From positions 62,001-126,000 of IMG/VR virus record IMGVR_UViG_3300041411_000080: a DNA stretch of 64,000 nucleotides, one strand, 5' to 3'. Below, piece by piece: positions 17,457 to 28,300 of the stretch (positions are counted from its first letter, which is position 1; each line of letters starts with the position of its first letter). The position numbers and the translations under genes were made by a program. Under the pieces are notes generated by a model. It saw nothing but the letters and a program-made list of their open reading frames with translations. It was not told the DNA's origin and made no database searches.

Positions 17457-17625
17457 TTGGATTCACCGTAATGCGAACGATGGTATTACCTTTACGGATT
17501 CGATCTTGCAACCGGTCACGTGGGATAATACGTTTGAGAGTTTCCTCGTTGTTCAGACCACCAACTTCACAGCTGGCATCTTGAGCATCGACGAACAGAA
17601 TGAATTGATGATGGTAATAACTCAT
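17440..17625 (-). CDS. Small hypothetical protein
   Basis: ATGA coupling to upstream ORF. Confidence 0.55.
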   Translation of the reverse strand: MSYYHHQFILFVDAQDASCEVGGLNNEETLKRIIPRDRLQDRIRKGNTIVRITVNPIARTV

Positions 17626-18059
17626 GCAGGCATACCAGTATGCCAGCTGTAAGTTTTTGGACCGTCTTCACCGTCTTCGAAATTCTTAACCCACTCACGA
17701 TAACCTGGACCAGTCAAGGCACGGACCATCTGATCGATAGCGTAGTCCTTGTGATGTGCGCCATCATGACCAGCGTGACTGAAGGCCCGGTTGAGAGCTT
17801 CTTCAACACGTTGTTCTGGAGTTACGGCGCATACCGGTTTATGGGTGATGGTTGGATCAAGCCCTTTAGCCCAATAGTCAATCTTCTCTGCTACCTGTGC
17901 AGTGGTCAGACCGTCTTGGGTGTACAGGTTGTAGATCGCTGTACCGAGACTATCGGATACATCGCCACCTTGCTGCTCAACTACCAGATCAAAGAGTTGT
18001 TCCTGTTCGTCCAGGTAAACTCTACGACGGGCGTTGTATTCAGGGGATTGGTAATCCAT
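17622..18059 (-). CDS. Hypothetical phage protein
   Basis: AGGAG RBS; C-terminal DGAHHK-x3-IDQMVRAL...EDGEDGP...W-x-x-G motif that I recognise from other phage proteins. Confidence 0.7.
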   Translation of the reverse strand: MDYQSPEYNARRRVYLDEQEQLFDLVVEQQGGDVSDSLGTAIYNLYTQDGLTTAQVAEKIDYWAKGLDPTITHKPVCAVTPEQRVEEALNRAFSHAGHDGAHHKDYAIDQMVRALTGPGYREWVKNFEDGEDGPKTYSWHTGMPA

Positions 18060-18061
18060 GA

Positions 18062-18397
18062 TTACTCCTTAATTATCTTTACGATCTCTTTGAGTTTATA
18101 TGCCCAACGCCAGTACACACGTTTGTACCACGGTGGTGGCATAGTGCGAGTACCGAATGGTTCCAACTCAGCGGCATAACGCTGTATTATTTCCACCGCT
18201 TCATTATTGACTCGCTCAGATGTTTCTTGGGCAACCAGTTCTAGACGACGTTTCTCAGTTGCGGCATCTTGTTCGTTATGGCGAATTTGATGAGACTCCA
18301 GAGTTGGAGCTTTATCAATACAACTCACGTAACTAGGATCAATGATTAGTGTTGACAGCGCACCATCTGGTCCTCCAATCAATTCTCTCGACATCAT
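18062..18397 (-). CDS. Hypothetical protein with C-terminal amphipathic aromatic/basic segment
   Basis: PPPWYKRVYWRWAYKLKEIV; follows promoter-like motif. Confidence 0.65.
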   Translation of the reverse strand: MMSRELIGGPDGALSTLIIDPSYVSCIDKAPTLESHQIRHNEQDAATEKRRLELVAQETSERVNNEAVEIIQRYAAELEPFGTRTMPPPWYKRVYWRWAYKLKEIVKIIKE

Positions 18398-18428
18398 TTA
18401 ACCTGCTATTGGTTTTAGATACACCTGA

Positions 18429-18458
18429 ATGATATAAATCTCAACTTTTTTCTATTGC
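18429..18458 (-). promoter_or_regulatory. Repeated promoter-like motif GCAATAG-N10-AGATTTATATCAT (copy 2)
   Basis: 29/30 identical to 338-367. Confidence 0.6.
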
Positions 18459-18460
18459 GT

Positions 18461-18492
18461 CATAAAGCCTCCCCGAAGGGAGGCAGTATGTC
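18461..18492 (-). terminator. Intrinsic terminator, cUUCGg loop
   Basis: CATAAA-GCCTCCC-CGAA-GGGAGGC-AGTATGTC; near identical to 43887 and 49348. Confidence 0.8.
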
Positions 18493-19099
18493 AGTTACCC
18501 TGCATGGTACCTTCTGTACCTTCGGACGCACGACGTTGGAAACGCTTAGCGATTGCAGCTTGAGCTGCACGAATGTGTTGCAGAACTTCTTCGTTCTCTT
18601 CACAAGCGAACTGGCCTTCTTGGAAGCAGACGTAAGTTTCTTCTACTACTTTAAGCAGGTCTTCGGCAGTAACGCCGTTTACACCCACTTCACTCAGAGG
18701 ACCGCTTTGCAGCAAGATCACACATGCATTCAGGTTATCACCAGCTTCAGCAGCATCGTTAGTCTGTGCATCGAAACCACTGATTACGAAACGCTTAGGA
18801 GCATTCGAACGTGGATCGATAGCGAAGGCTTCAATTACCTTACCACCTTCATCGCCCGATACGATACCAGCTTCGTGATCTTCGATAGAACCCACGATGT
18901 CATGATTGGTATCAGCATTAACTTCATCTCCACCATCGGTGAGAGTTTTGGTTTCGGTATCGCTGTCTTTAACGTCCTTAGGATCAACATCATCGATATC
19001 GATAGAGGACTTTACATTCGTGACGTCTACTACCTGAGCAGTACCGTCTTGTTCGGACTCGAGGCTATTTGCCCAAGCCATAGTTGCAGAAAGACTCAT
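18491..19099 (-). CDS. tad1: Tad1-like cyclic-nucleotide sponge with N-terminal acidic propeptide
   Basis: C-terminal LQSGP..GVNGVTAEDLL..FQEGQFACEEN...H...KRFQRR..GTEGT matches the Tad1 family pattern; AAGGA RBS before ATG 19099. Confidence 0.75.
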   Translation of the reverse strand: MSLSATMAWANSLESEQDGTAQVVDVTNVKSSIDIDDVDPKDVKDSDTETKTLTDGGDEVNADTNHDIVGSIEDHEAGIVSGDEGGKVIEAFAIDPRSNAPKRFVISGFDAQTNDAAEAGDNLNACVILLQSGPLSEVGVNGVTAEDLLKVVEETYVCFQEGQFACEENEEVLQHIRAAQAAIAKRFQRRASEGTEGTMQGN

Positions 19100-19140
19100 T
19101 GGGAATTCCTTGGTTAATGGATTACATAACATAACTGGGA

Positions 19141-19163
19141 ATAAAGTCCTCCCGAAGGAGGAC
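19141..19163 (-). terminator. Intrinsic terminator, cUUCGg loop
   Basis: GTCCTCC-CGAA-GGAGGAC 19146-19163. Confidence 0.75.
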
Positions 19164-19170
19164 AGAATTC

Positions 19171-19713
19171 TTAACCTACGTGCAGTGCCAGCTCAGTCAG
19201 CTGAGCAGCACGATCACTGTTCAGACCCGGCAGTTGAGCGATGATTGCTTTACGCACAATCGAACGACGCTTGATGAAGTTACCTTCAGTTCGAGCTTCA
19301 GTCAGTGCCAGAGCAATCGAAGTCAGCAGTTGACCAGCTTCACCACCAGATACCAGTTGCGCTGCATCTTGGTTAGCAGCGGTGGTCGGTTCGGCATTGT
19401 GATCAGCGATGATCTTACCCATAGCAGCGATAGCGTAGTACTCTGGAGCAGAGTTACGACGGACTTGGCTACGGCACAGTTGCAGGAAGCTACCAGCACG
19501 GTAGTGAGTCAGCAGCAGATCAGTAGCCGCGGCAAGGGCACCCGTATACTCTTTGCTACCCGGAGACAGCAGAGGAGCTTCTTTCTTGAAGAAGCTAATC
19601 GCCATGTCCGCGTTCTCACCGACAGTTTGTTGTGCCAGCAGCCCCGGTAGCAGATCTTCTTTGGTCAGGAAACGGTTAGCGAGGTATTTTACAACGGTTT
19701 TGATAACGGACAT
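19171..19713 (-). CDS. Hypothetical protein, paralog of 19713..20210
   Basis: N-terminus VVKYLANRFLTK vs IIAWLATRFLTK. Confidence 0.75.
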   Translation of the reverse strand: MSVIKTVVKYLANRFLTKEDLLPGLLAQQTVGENADMAISFFKKEAPLLSPGSKEYTGALAAATDLLLTHYRAGSFLQLCRSQVRRNSAPEYYAIAAMGKIIADHNAEPTTAANQDAAQLVSGGEAGQLLTSIALALTEARTEGNFIKRRSIVRKAIIAQLPGLNSDRAAQLTELALHVG

Positions 19714-20210
19714 TAGATAGTCTCCAGGAATTTAGCATCGGCTTCGTAGTTAGTGTGGTTGATGGTCATTGCAATGTTAGCAAGAACACCGATTTCGGTT
19801 TCAGTGAGGCTATGTAGATTCTCACGCAGGATCGTCTTGTAAGTGGCCAGACGTTTCATCGGATTAGCGGCGTCATTGGCGACGAGTTTCTTAAACAGCT
19901 CTTTGTGGTCCTCGCATTCGGCAGACGGACAAAGCATGATGTTTTCTTTGATCGTTTTGTAATACACGAACTTAGCCAGTTCGCCCGTACGGAACGATTG
20001 AAAGAGATGGTTCATTGCTACCGCGTTCAGGTTCTTGCCTGGAGCACTCGAAGGGACATCGTCCAGTGAGTTGTAACGGGCAAACAAACCGCGAAGCACC
20101 TGTACTTCATTGTTACCCTTGACGACCTGATCAATGAAAAGGTCTTGAACATGATACTTAGTCAGGAACCGAGTTGCCAACCAAGCGATAATGCGTTGAA
20201 TCAGATTCAT
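19713..20210 (-). CDS. Hypothetical protein, paralog of 19171..19713 (start revised to MNLIQ)
   Basis: GGAG RBS; avoids overlap with gp182-like gene. Confidence 0.7.
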   Translation of the reverse strand: MNLIQRIIAWLATRFLTKYHVQDLFIDQVVKGNNEVQVLRGLFARYNSLDDVPSSAPGKNLNAVAMNHLFQSFRTGELAKFVYYKTIKENIMLCPSAECEDHKELFKKLVANDAANPMKRLATYKTILRENLHSLTETEIGVLANIAMTINHTNYEADAKFLETI

Positions 20211-20283
20211 TAGGAATCTCCACGAGAGGGAATAAGAGTTAGGGATGCTAGATCCTCTACAGAATCTAACACCCCAGTATTTC

Positions 20284-22305
20284 TTAGAACCGATCAGTGG
20301 TAATTGTAAATGCCGACAGAGTACGTGCAACATCTCCGTCCAAGATCCAAGAAGCAAAGTTGGCAGGAGAGCGCCAAGATTTGAAAGCTTGTACCGAACG
20401 AGTAATGTTAAGGTTCAAACGTTTACCAGCGTAGTAAAGGTCAGAGTAACTCTGAGAGCACAGGGTCGCTACGTAATCGTTGAACAGAGATTGTTCATCC
20501 CATACAGCACCATCTGTTACCGCCAGAGCTGCACCTAGCCCAGCTTCACCACCAACAGCTTCTGCTGCTGTAGCAGTAGCCCACTTAGCACCCGTACCAA
20601 TCCAGCTAGGAGAAGCGAAGCCACCTTTAATAGGAATGTGCATGATCTTCGATAGATCTTTAATTCCGATCGTTACTTCACAACCTAACATGTCGTGGTT
20701 AGCGTTGAAACCTACGTTGCCTGTACCACGACGGATCTGGATAGAGTCAACTATACCCAGCTGACGTTGTACGCGTCCTTTGTGGAAGAGTTGTACGATA
20801 AATGGTGCAGTGTATGCCGATCGACCTGCCGAGCGCGGTAGACCCATTGGAAGGATCATAGCGAGTGGTAGATAGATGTTAAGGAATCGAGAGATTACGT
20901 TACCGTAAGGGGTAATCAAAGGAATCGTGTATTGTGCAGTAGGGAGACTAGCCATAGCTGTATCCCAATACTCAGGTACGTCAACAAACGCAGAACCCGT
21001 AAGTACTGCCAGACCACCTAGGTTCACACTATCCAAAGCACCAGTCGCAAAGTCAAGTAGTCCGCCAGTAACAGCACCTAAACCTTCAGTGATGTTACCA
21101 CCCATGAATTCGAAAGCTTTGTTACGACCTTCACTAACCTTCGTGTTCAACGTTTGGATTACCCCAACGTCTTTAGTCGAGTTAGTAAAGCTTTCGGATA
21201 CCTCACCGTTGTAGTCAGCCCGCAAGGTAACGAATTGTGCACCGTCGTGTTGTGCACCAACGATGTATTTGTACATGTGTGTCAGATCGGACCAACTGGA
21301 GAAGAAGTCGTTATCGATAACCCCGGTCTCATCTTTACTGCCACTGCCTTTCTTATCTTTCTTCAGATAGTCTAAGTAATAAGCTCGTGCATCTTGACCC
21401 GGATTAGGATCGACTACTGCTTGACTCATTGCCTTCTCAGTTGAGTTACGAAGTTCCTCAATAGATCTAGCCTTCTCAGCCATTGCCTTAAATTCACGGT
21501 TTGACGCATCCGCCATTCGTTGAGCACGACCTGCCAGTGCCATTACGTCAACACCGCCATCTGGACGGAACAATTGTGGGAAGATCCGGTGAAGCTCTTT
21601 CATATCTTGCAGAGTACCTTGCGCACCCGGCATGGTACTATCAGCGGTAACCCTTAGTTGTCCTGGGTCAGTACCGGGCGCTGATTCGTTAGCCCAGAAC
21701 CAAGGAGTAATACCGAGACCGATTGCAAATTCGTTTGCAAGGGTGTTAACCGAAGACCAGTAAGTGTGCATGGTCGGTTTAAAGTAGAACCACTTAGAAG
21801 GCTGAGACTTAGTCAAGAAACTAATAACGTTCATTGTACCAGTCAAGCCGAGGATAAACGGCTGTGCCGGCAAAGATACCAACAGACCAGCAGCGTTACC
21901 CAGGTTATACCACAGTCCAGTACCTGCACCAGTGTTGGCCATCGATGCTGCACTACGGTCGTAAAAGTTGGTGAAGAAACTCGACCAGCTACTGAATCGA
22001 GGTACACCGAAAGACATGTGGATTTCTTGCTTAGTATCGTCATGGGCTTCAGAGTAATACCGTCCCATGCCTAGAAATCGGTCTTCATAGCTACGTCCAC
22101 GACCCGGCTGACGAATGTCGCAGTAACGGGTATATTGCGGCAGCATGTTAATTGGGAAGCTACCACCGGGGGACGTATTCGTAAATTTGAATGCGGCAGA
22201 GTTTGCTCTTCGGCGTTTGGTATTGGAACCATAACTGCCTTTTTCATAACTGACTGGAAGCATGAAAGCCTTCCGTAGCCAGATGGGTTGTAAGTCTTCG
22301 GCCAT
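20284..22305 (-). CDS. Tail/baseplate structural protein, phiKZ gp182-like
   Basis: Directly downstream of tape measure gene; 673 aa; synteny. Confidence 0.7.
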   Translation of the reverse strand: MAEDLQPIWLRKAFMLPVSYEKGSYGSNTKRRRANSAAFKFTNTSPGGSFPINMLPQYTRYCDIRQPGRGRSYEDRFLGMGRYYSEAHDDTKQEIHMSFGVPRFSSWSSFFTNFYDRSAASMANTGAGTGLWYNLGNAAGLLVSLPAQPFILGLTGTMNVISFLTKSQPSKWFYFKPTMHTYWSSVNTLANEFAIGLGITPWFWANESAPGTDPGQLRVTADSTMPGAQGTLQDMKELHRIFPQLFRPDGGVDVMALAGRAQRMADASNREFKAMAEKARSIEELRNSTEKAMSQAVVDPNPGQDARAYYLDYLKKDKKGSGSKDETGVIDNDFFSSWSDLTHMYKYIVGAQHDGAQFVTLRADYNGEVSESFTNSTKDVGVIQTLNTKVSEGRNKAFEFMGGNITEGLGAVTGGLLDFATGALDSVNLGGLAVLTGSAFVDVPEYWDTAMASLPTAQYTIPLITPYGNVISRFLNIYLPLAMILPMGLPRSAGRSAYTAPFIVQLFHKGRVQRQLGIVDSIQIRRGTGNVGFNANHDMLGCEVTIGIKDLSKIMHIPIKGGFASPSWIGTGAKWATATAAEAVGGEAGLGAALAVTDGAVWDEQSLFNDYVATLCSQSYSDLYYAGKRLNLNITRSVQAFKSWRSPANFASWILDGDVARTLSAFTITTDRF

Positions 22306-22324
22306 GATTGAAACCTCAAGGGGA

Positions 22325-22355
22325 AATAAAGCCGGTCCAAATGGACCGGCCTATG
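22325..22355 (-). terminator. Terminator hairpin
   Basis: GCCGGTCC-AAAT-GGACCGGC 22331-22350 after tape measure stop. Confidence 0.7.
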
Positions 22356-22357
22356 AA

Positions 22358-25300
22358 TTACTTCAACGTCAGTGCACTCGGTCTCTGAGCGGCTGAACGG
22401 TTCTGTATGCCAGACGGGGTCATATTATTACCCGATTGCCCTTGAGAACCTCCACCACCTGAACCACCATTACCCGATTTGTTACCAATCTGCTCGAACG
22501 CAACTTTCAAGAAGTCGCGAATCTCATACAACACGTTCAGTTGTTTAGTCTGAACATCGTTTGCTTCGCTAGCAGTTTTCTGTTCGCGACGAACCTCTGC
22601 CTCACGGCGAGCATTCTGAGATTGAGCGGTATCCATCTGAGCTTGACGATTAGCATCAATAGCACCACCGCCAGAATCGGCGCCTTCTGCATTAACACTA
22701 GAACTAGGCGTACTTGAACCGCCACCGGAAGCTGGAGCACCCGGCATTGGAGCAGTATCACTAGCGACAGACGCTACGGTAGGTTGTGCATTGGGAACGT
22801 CCGATGGATCTTGGCCGCTACCACTTTTACCGACACCGTCTTGGTCTTTTGCATCTTCCTTCAGACTTGCCGTGAGTTGTTCCGCATCAGCTTTCGCTGG
22901 CGAGGTTTCAGCTCCCGGAGTTTGTGCTTCAGGTACACCAGATGCAGCAGCACCTTCACTAGACCGATATCCCTTACCGGTAGTTGCCCAGAACTTCTCA
23001 ATCTTCTTCTGGAACATTTGGTACATCTCGGAGATAGTCCGAGGTTGAGATGGTCGTCCACCCACAAAGAACAGAGGCATGTTCGCAGAGTATTCTTTCT
23101 TGAAGATCTTGTAGCCGTAGGCATTAGGATCAGCACGAAGGAATTTCAATGCACCGCCGAGACCCAAGAAGTGAGCCATGTACACATCGGTATCAGTGAT
23201 GTTATCGCGACCCAATCCTTTCTTCAGTCCTTCCCAGTTATCCCGAGTGAACTGTGCACCGAGCAATGCGTTGATCCGAGGATCGTTACGAGCTGCCCGA
23301 GACTTGCTAGGATCAGGTGGGAGACCGAACAGCTTAATCCCCTTAGCGTACATCATGTCCCATGTACTATCGATGAATTGGAACCAGCCAGTAGCCGAAC
23401 TCGTAGCAGCTTTAACGGTGTACCGGAAACCGGACTCCAAGCCAACGATAGCCAACAGCCAATCCAATGGAACACCCGTCATTCCAGATACAGCTTTAAG
23501 TGTAGGCAAAGCATCGCGGATAGAACCACTCGATGCAGGCATCGGAATAGCTTCCCACTTACCGCCATTACCCGCAGTTACAGTACCCTTGTTACCAGCG
23601 GACTGAATTGCACCACCTTTAGCCTTACCATCCCCACCGTAGTCGGCACCCATACCCAAAGCCATCTTGGCACTAGCGGCAGTATCACCAATAGCGTCAG
23701 CAGCATTGTTCAAAGTAGTAGAGACCGTTTCCTTCGTGGATTCCCAAGTATCTTTAATACCGGAGATTACGTTGTCTACGAAACTACCACCTTTATCAGC
23801 AGCATTCTTACCTGCTACTTGGTCAGATGCTTTCTGAGTAGGTGTACCAACAGCTTCCTTCTCAGCTTCTTTCTGCAACGATACGAGATCAGCGTCAGCC
23901 AGTTTCTTCAGGTCTTTAGGATTACCCTTAATTTCGAACAACGAAGGTTGATCCCAAACAGAGCGAGCGAAACCATCCACTGCACCCAGCATGGCGTTAG
24001 CCACAGAAACCTTTTCACTAGCCTTAAGCTTAGACTCCAAGCCGGACAGGTTCGCCGATGGTTGAGCACGCAATGCAGTGCCGTAGTAAGCACGGAACAC
24101 TGGAGCAAAACGGTTGGTCAACCAGCCATGCAGTTCGTAACGGTCGTCAGCACCAATAGTAGTGTCTTTACCAAACAACTGACCAGCTTCCTTCAACAGG
24201 GCACCGGCATCACCACTATAGTCAACACTGTATTCACTAACCTGCAAGTCTTTCGCATAGAAAGCTTCCAGAGCCAGTGCGGCCTTAACGTTGGTTACTG
24301 TCAAGAACTCCATACCGTACGCACGCATACGGATTGCTTGAAGGGCAGTTAGAGTACGACCGATCTTAGCGCTGAGGTCAGCGATGGTACCACTCAATGT
24401 ACCAGCAGCAGCCGTAGCTGCAACACCAGCACCTGCGCCCGGAGTATTAAAGGTATCAGCTTTTGCTTTATCTGCTTTATTAGCTTCATCGGCTAATTTC
24501 TGAGCAGCAGACATTGCACCTGCCCCCGTAGCAACAGCGCCAGTAGTGGCAGCAGCTGTAGTACCAGCAGCAGCACCTTCCTTCTTGACCGTCATCTCTT
24601 CGCCAGGCTTACCAGTAGCAGCCTTAGCTTCCGCTTCCTTCTTCTTAAGACCGTACTTCTCTTTTAATGTGTCGAACATCTTAGAGATTACGTCCATGTT
24701 GTTAGGGAGTGGATAGCTAGGAGCGAATGGGTTATCCGTTACCCCGTATGGCGAATCGTTGTTGTAAGGGAATCGAATGGTTTCCAAGAAATCGCCTTTC
24801 AGCTCTTCTGGAACTTTGTCATCGACTTCGTTGATGTTAACCGAACCTTGACCGATCTTCTGCAAACCTGCAATCCACTGGAGGTAGACTGGTTTAAAGC
24901 GCTTCTGCATCCAACGAGCGAATACCATTACGGATTCTTCATCTTCTAGGTCAATGCCCATGATGTTAAGCGTTTCAGTTGCAGCTTCAGGAGGTAGAGT
25001 AAACCCAGGCTTTTCACTATCTTTGGTTGTGTATTTCTCAAGTAAGCCCTCAAGCTTAAGAACCTTGACCTTATCACCACCCAGACTGAACATGCTCAGG
25101 GACGTGATCGAATCGATCAGACCTTTCTCAACAGGTTTATCAACACCATACTGAGCCAGACGCAGTTCACGGAATTCACCGGAGATATCCTTGTAACGAT
25201 TGTAGCCCAAGTAAGCAGCACCTGCGGTCACAGCAATAGCTGCACCAGCAATCAGTACCGGCGCACTCAACAGACCAGCAATAGCTGTACCTGCCATCAT

Positions 25301-28300
25301 AGCACCACGAGCGAGCAATGAACCACCCATTCGACCGATCAGTTGACCACCCTTAGAGCTGGCCATACGACTTGCCATTTTACCAAGGCGTCCACCACCC
25401 ATCCGTCCAAGCTTCCCAGCTTTACGGTTACGGCGACGTTCATTGTGGTCACCAACAGCATCACCGATGTCAGCAATGTCTGCCACATCGCTCAGGATAC
25501 CACCGTCATCATCGTCTTCCTCTTCGGACTCGTCCTTCTTCTTACCGAGACCGAGCATACCTGCAATACCAGCCAGGCCACGCTTGAAGAAACCACCCTT
25601 CTTGTCTTCTGCTTTGGCTTGAGCCTCTTCCGATTCTTCCTCAGTCGCTTTCTTCGCATCCTTGTCTTGCCAGCTACCCTTACGGATTTCTTTAGGACGT
25701 TGTTCACGAAGTTCGTTAAGGATTTCTTGGAGACCTTCGACTACAGGCTGGTTAGCCATCGATGCACCGGCAGCCGTAGCTTCCATAGCACCACGTTGCT
25801 CTTCAGGGATCTTCTCGAACATCTTGCTGAGGATATTACCACCAGCCTTAGAGAATCCACCGAGTGTCTTCTTACCAGCCCAAGCACCTACAGCCATAGT
25901 CTTCTTACCAAGCCACTTGTAGTAGTTCTTGGTTGCCCGACCATAGGCATTACGAAGTGCCCGCATAGGACGCATTACGAGCTTACCCCAGATACGCTTG
26001 TTCTTCGCCAACACGTGACGAGTACCATCGTAGTTCTTAAGTAGCTTATATTGCTCAGCAGGAATAACTGGTTCACCTTTAGCGTCATGGATAATGGAGT
26101 ACACATCCACAAAGTCTTCGATTACTTGACCCTTGTCGTCATAGTACTCACCGTTCTGCAAAGCACGACGAGTCAAGACTGGGATACGGTCACCTTCCAG
26201 ATAGGCGTTCTGGTTATCAGCGATAATGTTGAACAAACGAGAGCCAATACCGAGTGCAGCTTTACCCATGAACTTGGCGGCGCCCCACGCAATATTGCCT
26301 GTGGATTGACCAGAGAACTTGGCAGCTTTACCTACACCGCGCAACAACTTAGCAAAGCCTTTAGTTGGGCGATAACGAGTACCTGTACGACGAGACCACA
26401 ATCCGTTAGCGAATTCTTTAGCACTGATAACCAAGTTACCAGATCTATCGAATACGTCACTAGCGATTTCCTTGATCGAGGTTACCACTTTACCAGCAGC
26501 ATCGTAGTATTCACCGCTAGCCAGACCACGAGCTGTGATGACAGGGTCTTCACCCGGCCCCAGAGCCCAATCCTGACTGTTTAGCTTCTCATCCGAGTTA
26601 GGATCAGCAGCCTCACTTGATTCAACGCCACCGAGCTTAGGCTCGCTCTTAGCAATAGCCTCAGCAACCTTACTGTTAGCTTGAGAATCAACCTTAAGGA
26701 CAATGTCGCCGTTAGCATTCATCAAACCGGCAGCCAGTTCGTTAGCTGACAACATTACGTCGCCATTGGCGTTGATCAACTTACCGGTAATGTCACTGAG
26801 TTTGGTCACAACCTTTTTGGTGTTGTAATCGATCAGCGAACCATTGGTGAAATCCCTAACCCGAATAGCTGGGTAGTTCTTATCGAACTTGGTGTACAGG
26901 TCGGTGATTACTTCATCCGAACGGTTAGCCATTTTACTGGCGCCGTCATTTACAACGTCAGAAGCTTTAGCGGTAAACTGGTTAAACCCAGCCAGACCGG
27001 CATCGAGCATACCCGACATCTGACCTTTATACTGGCCCGACAGCATCGCACCATAACCACCTGCCGCAGCAGCTTGTTGCTGCATGTTAGCAAAGTGACC
27101 CGGAATACCGTTAGCGAAACCTTGTACGTGAGCAGCAGCGGCACCGAAGCGACCACGCATACCCTTCAGTTCTTTAGCCATCCGATCACGGGCAGCTTGT
27201 TCTTCAGGGCTATACTTGGTGCGTAGACGACGAGCAGCATTCAAACCACGAGTGGCAGCATCAGGAACAGTAGGACCCATGAAGTCACGGTGACCCGACT
27301 CACCCGAGCGATCATCCCGATAAGGATCATCACCATTACCACCTGGACCATACGGGTTGTGATCAGTTACACCACCACGCAGGATTTCCCAGATACGCGG
27401 ATAGTTGATCTTATCGAAACCGTCTTCAGTAATAATGATCCCGATTGCACGCAAAGGTTCAGTATGACCGGAATCGATCATCTTCTGAATTTCTTTGATT
27501 GGGTCACGAGAGATACTACGGATATCCAAGAAGACTTGGGAGAACTCTTGACGCAGTTTATGGTTGTCTGCGTTATCAGCCATCTTACCATCGGAGTCCA
27601 TCTTGAACTTGCTATTAAAGAACCCTTCGAGTTCCTTAGCTACTTCAGGAGGCATGTCCTTGGCATAACCCTTCGACTTGATATAAGCCTCTGGATCAAA
27701 GCGACGGTTAGTGGAAGCATCTCGAAGCATACGTTCAGCCAAAGCCTTACGTGCTTGTGGGCTAAGCTTACCATCTTCATCCATCGTGTTGAGTGCATCG
27801 TTAATAGTAGTCGATGCAGAACGGATAGCGTTCTTAGGAACGATCTTGTTCTGAAGGTTGTCATGAGCTGTAGTTTCCAGCGTAAACTTACCTGTAGTTG
27901 CATCAAATACTTCACGACCTACGTCTTCACTACCAGTCTTGATCTGACGAAGCGTTTGGAGAATCCGAGCCAAATAGCCGGGGATTGCATCAACGATCGT
28001 ACGCTGCGTCATTTGGTTAAACTGCGCAGCTTGGTCAATTGTTTGATAGTTCGAACCATTGGTACGATCTTGGAGACCGAACTGGGGAACATAAGGGGCG
28101 ATCATATTACGGATCTTGCCTTTCATCCCATGCGAGTTCTGGTTGTTGTTAACAAACTCCTGCAAGAACGCAGGCATGTTATCCAAGTAGTAACCGATCT
28201 GGTTATGCTTACCACCCATGTGCTTGTTAGACAAGTTAGTCAAGCCAGGACGAGCTTCACGACCCAACATCGGGATCAGTTGATCCATGATGAAGTCGCC

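Noticed and set aside
22784-24352. 522-aa plus-strand ORF (and others at 25343, 26051, 27290)
   Set aside because: Antisense shadows of the tape measure gene
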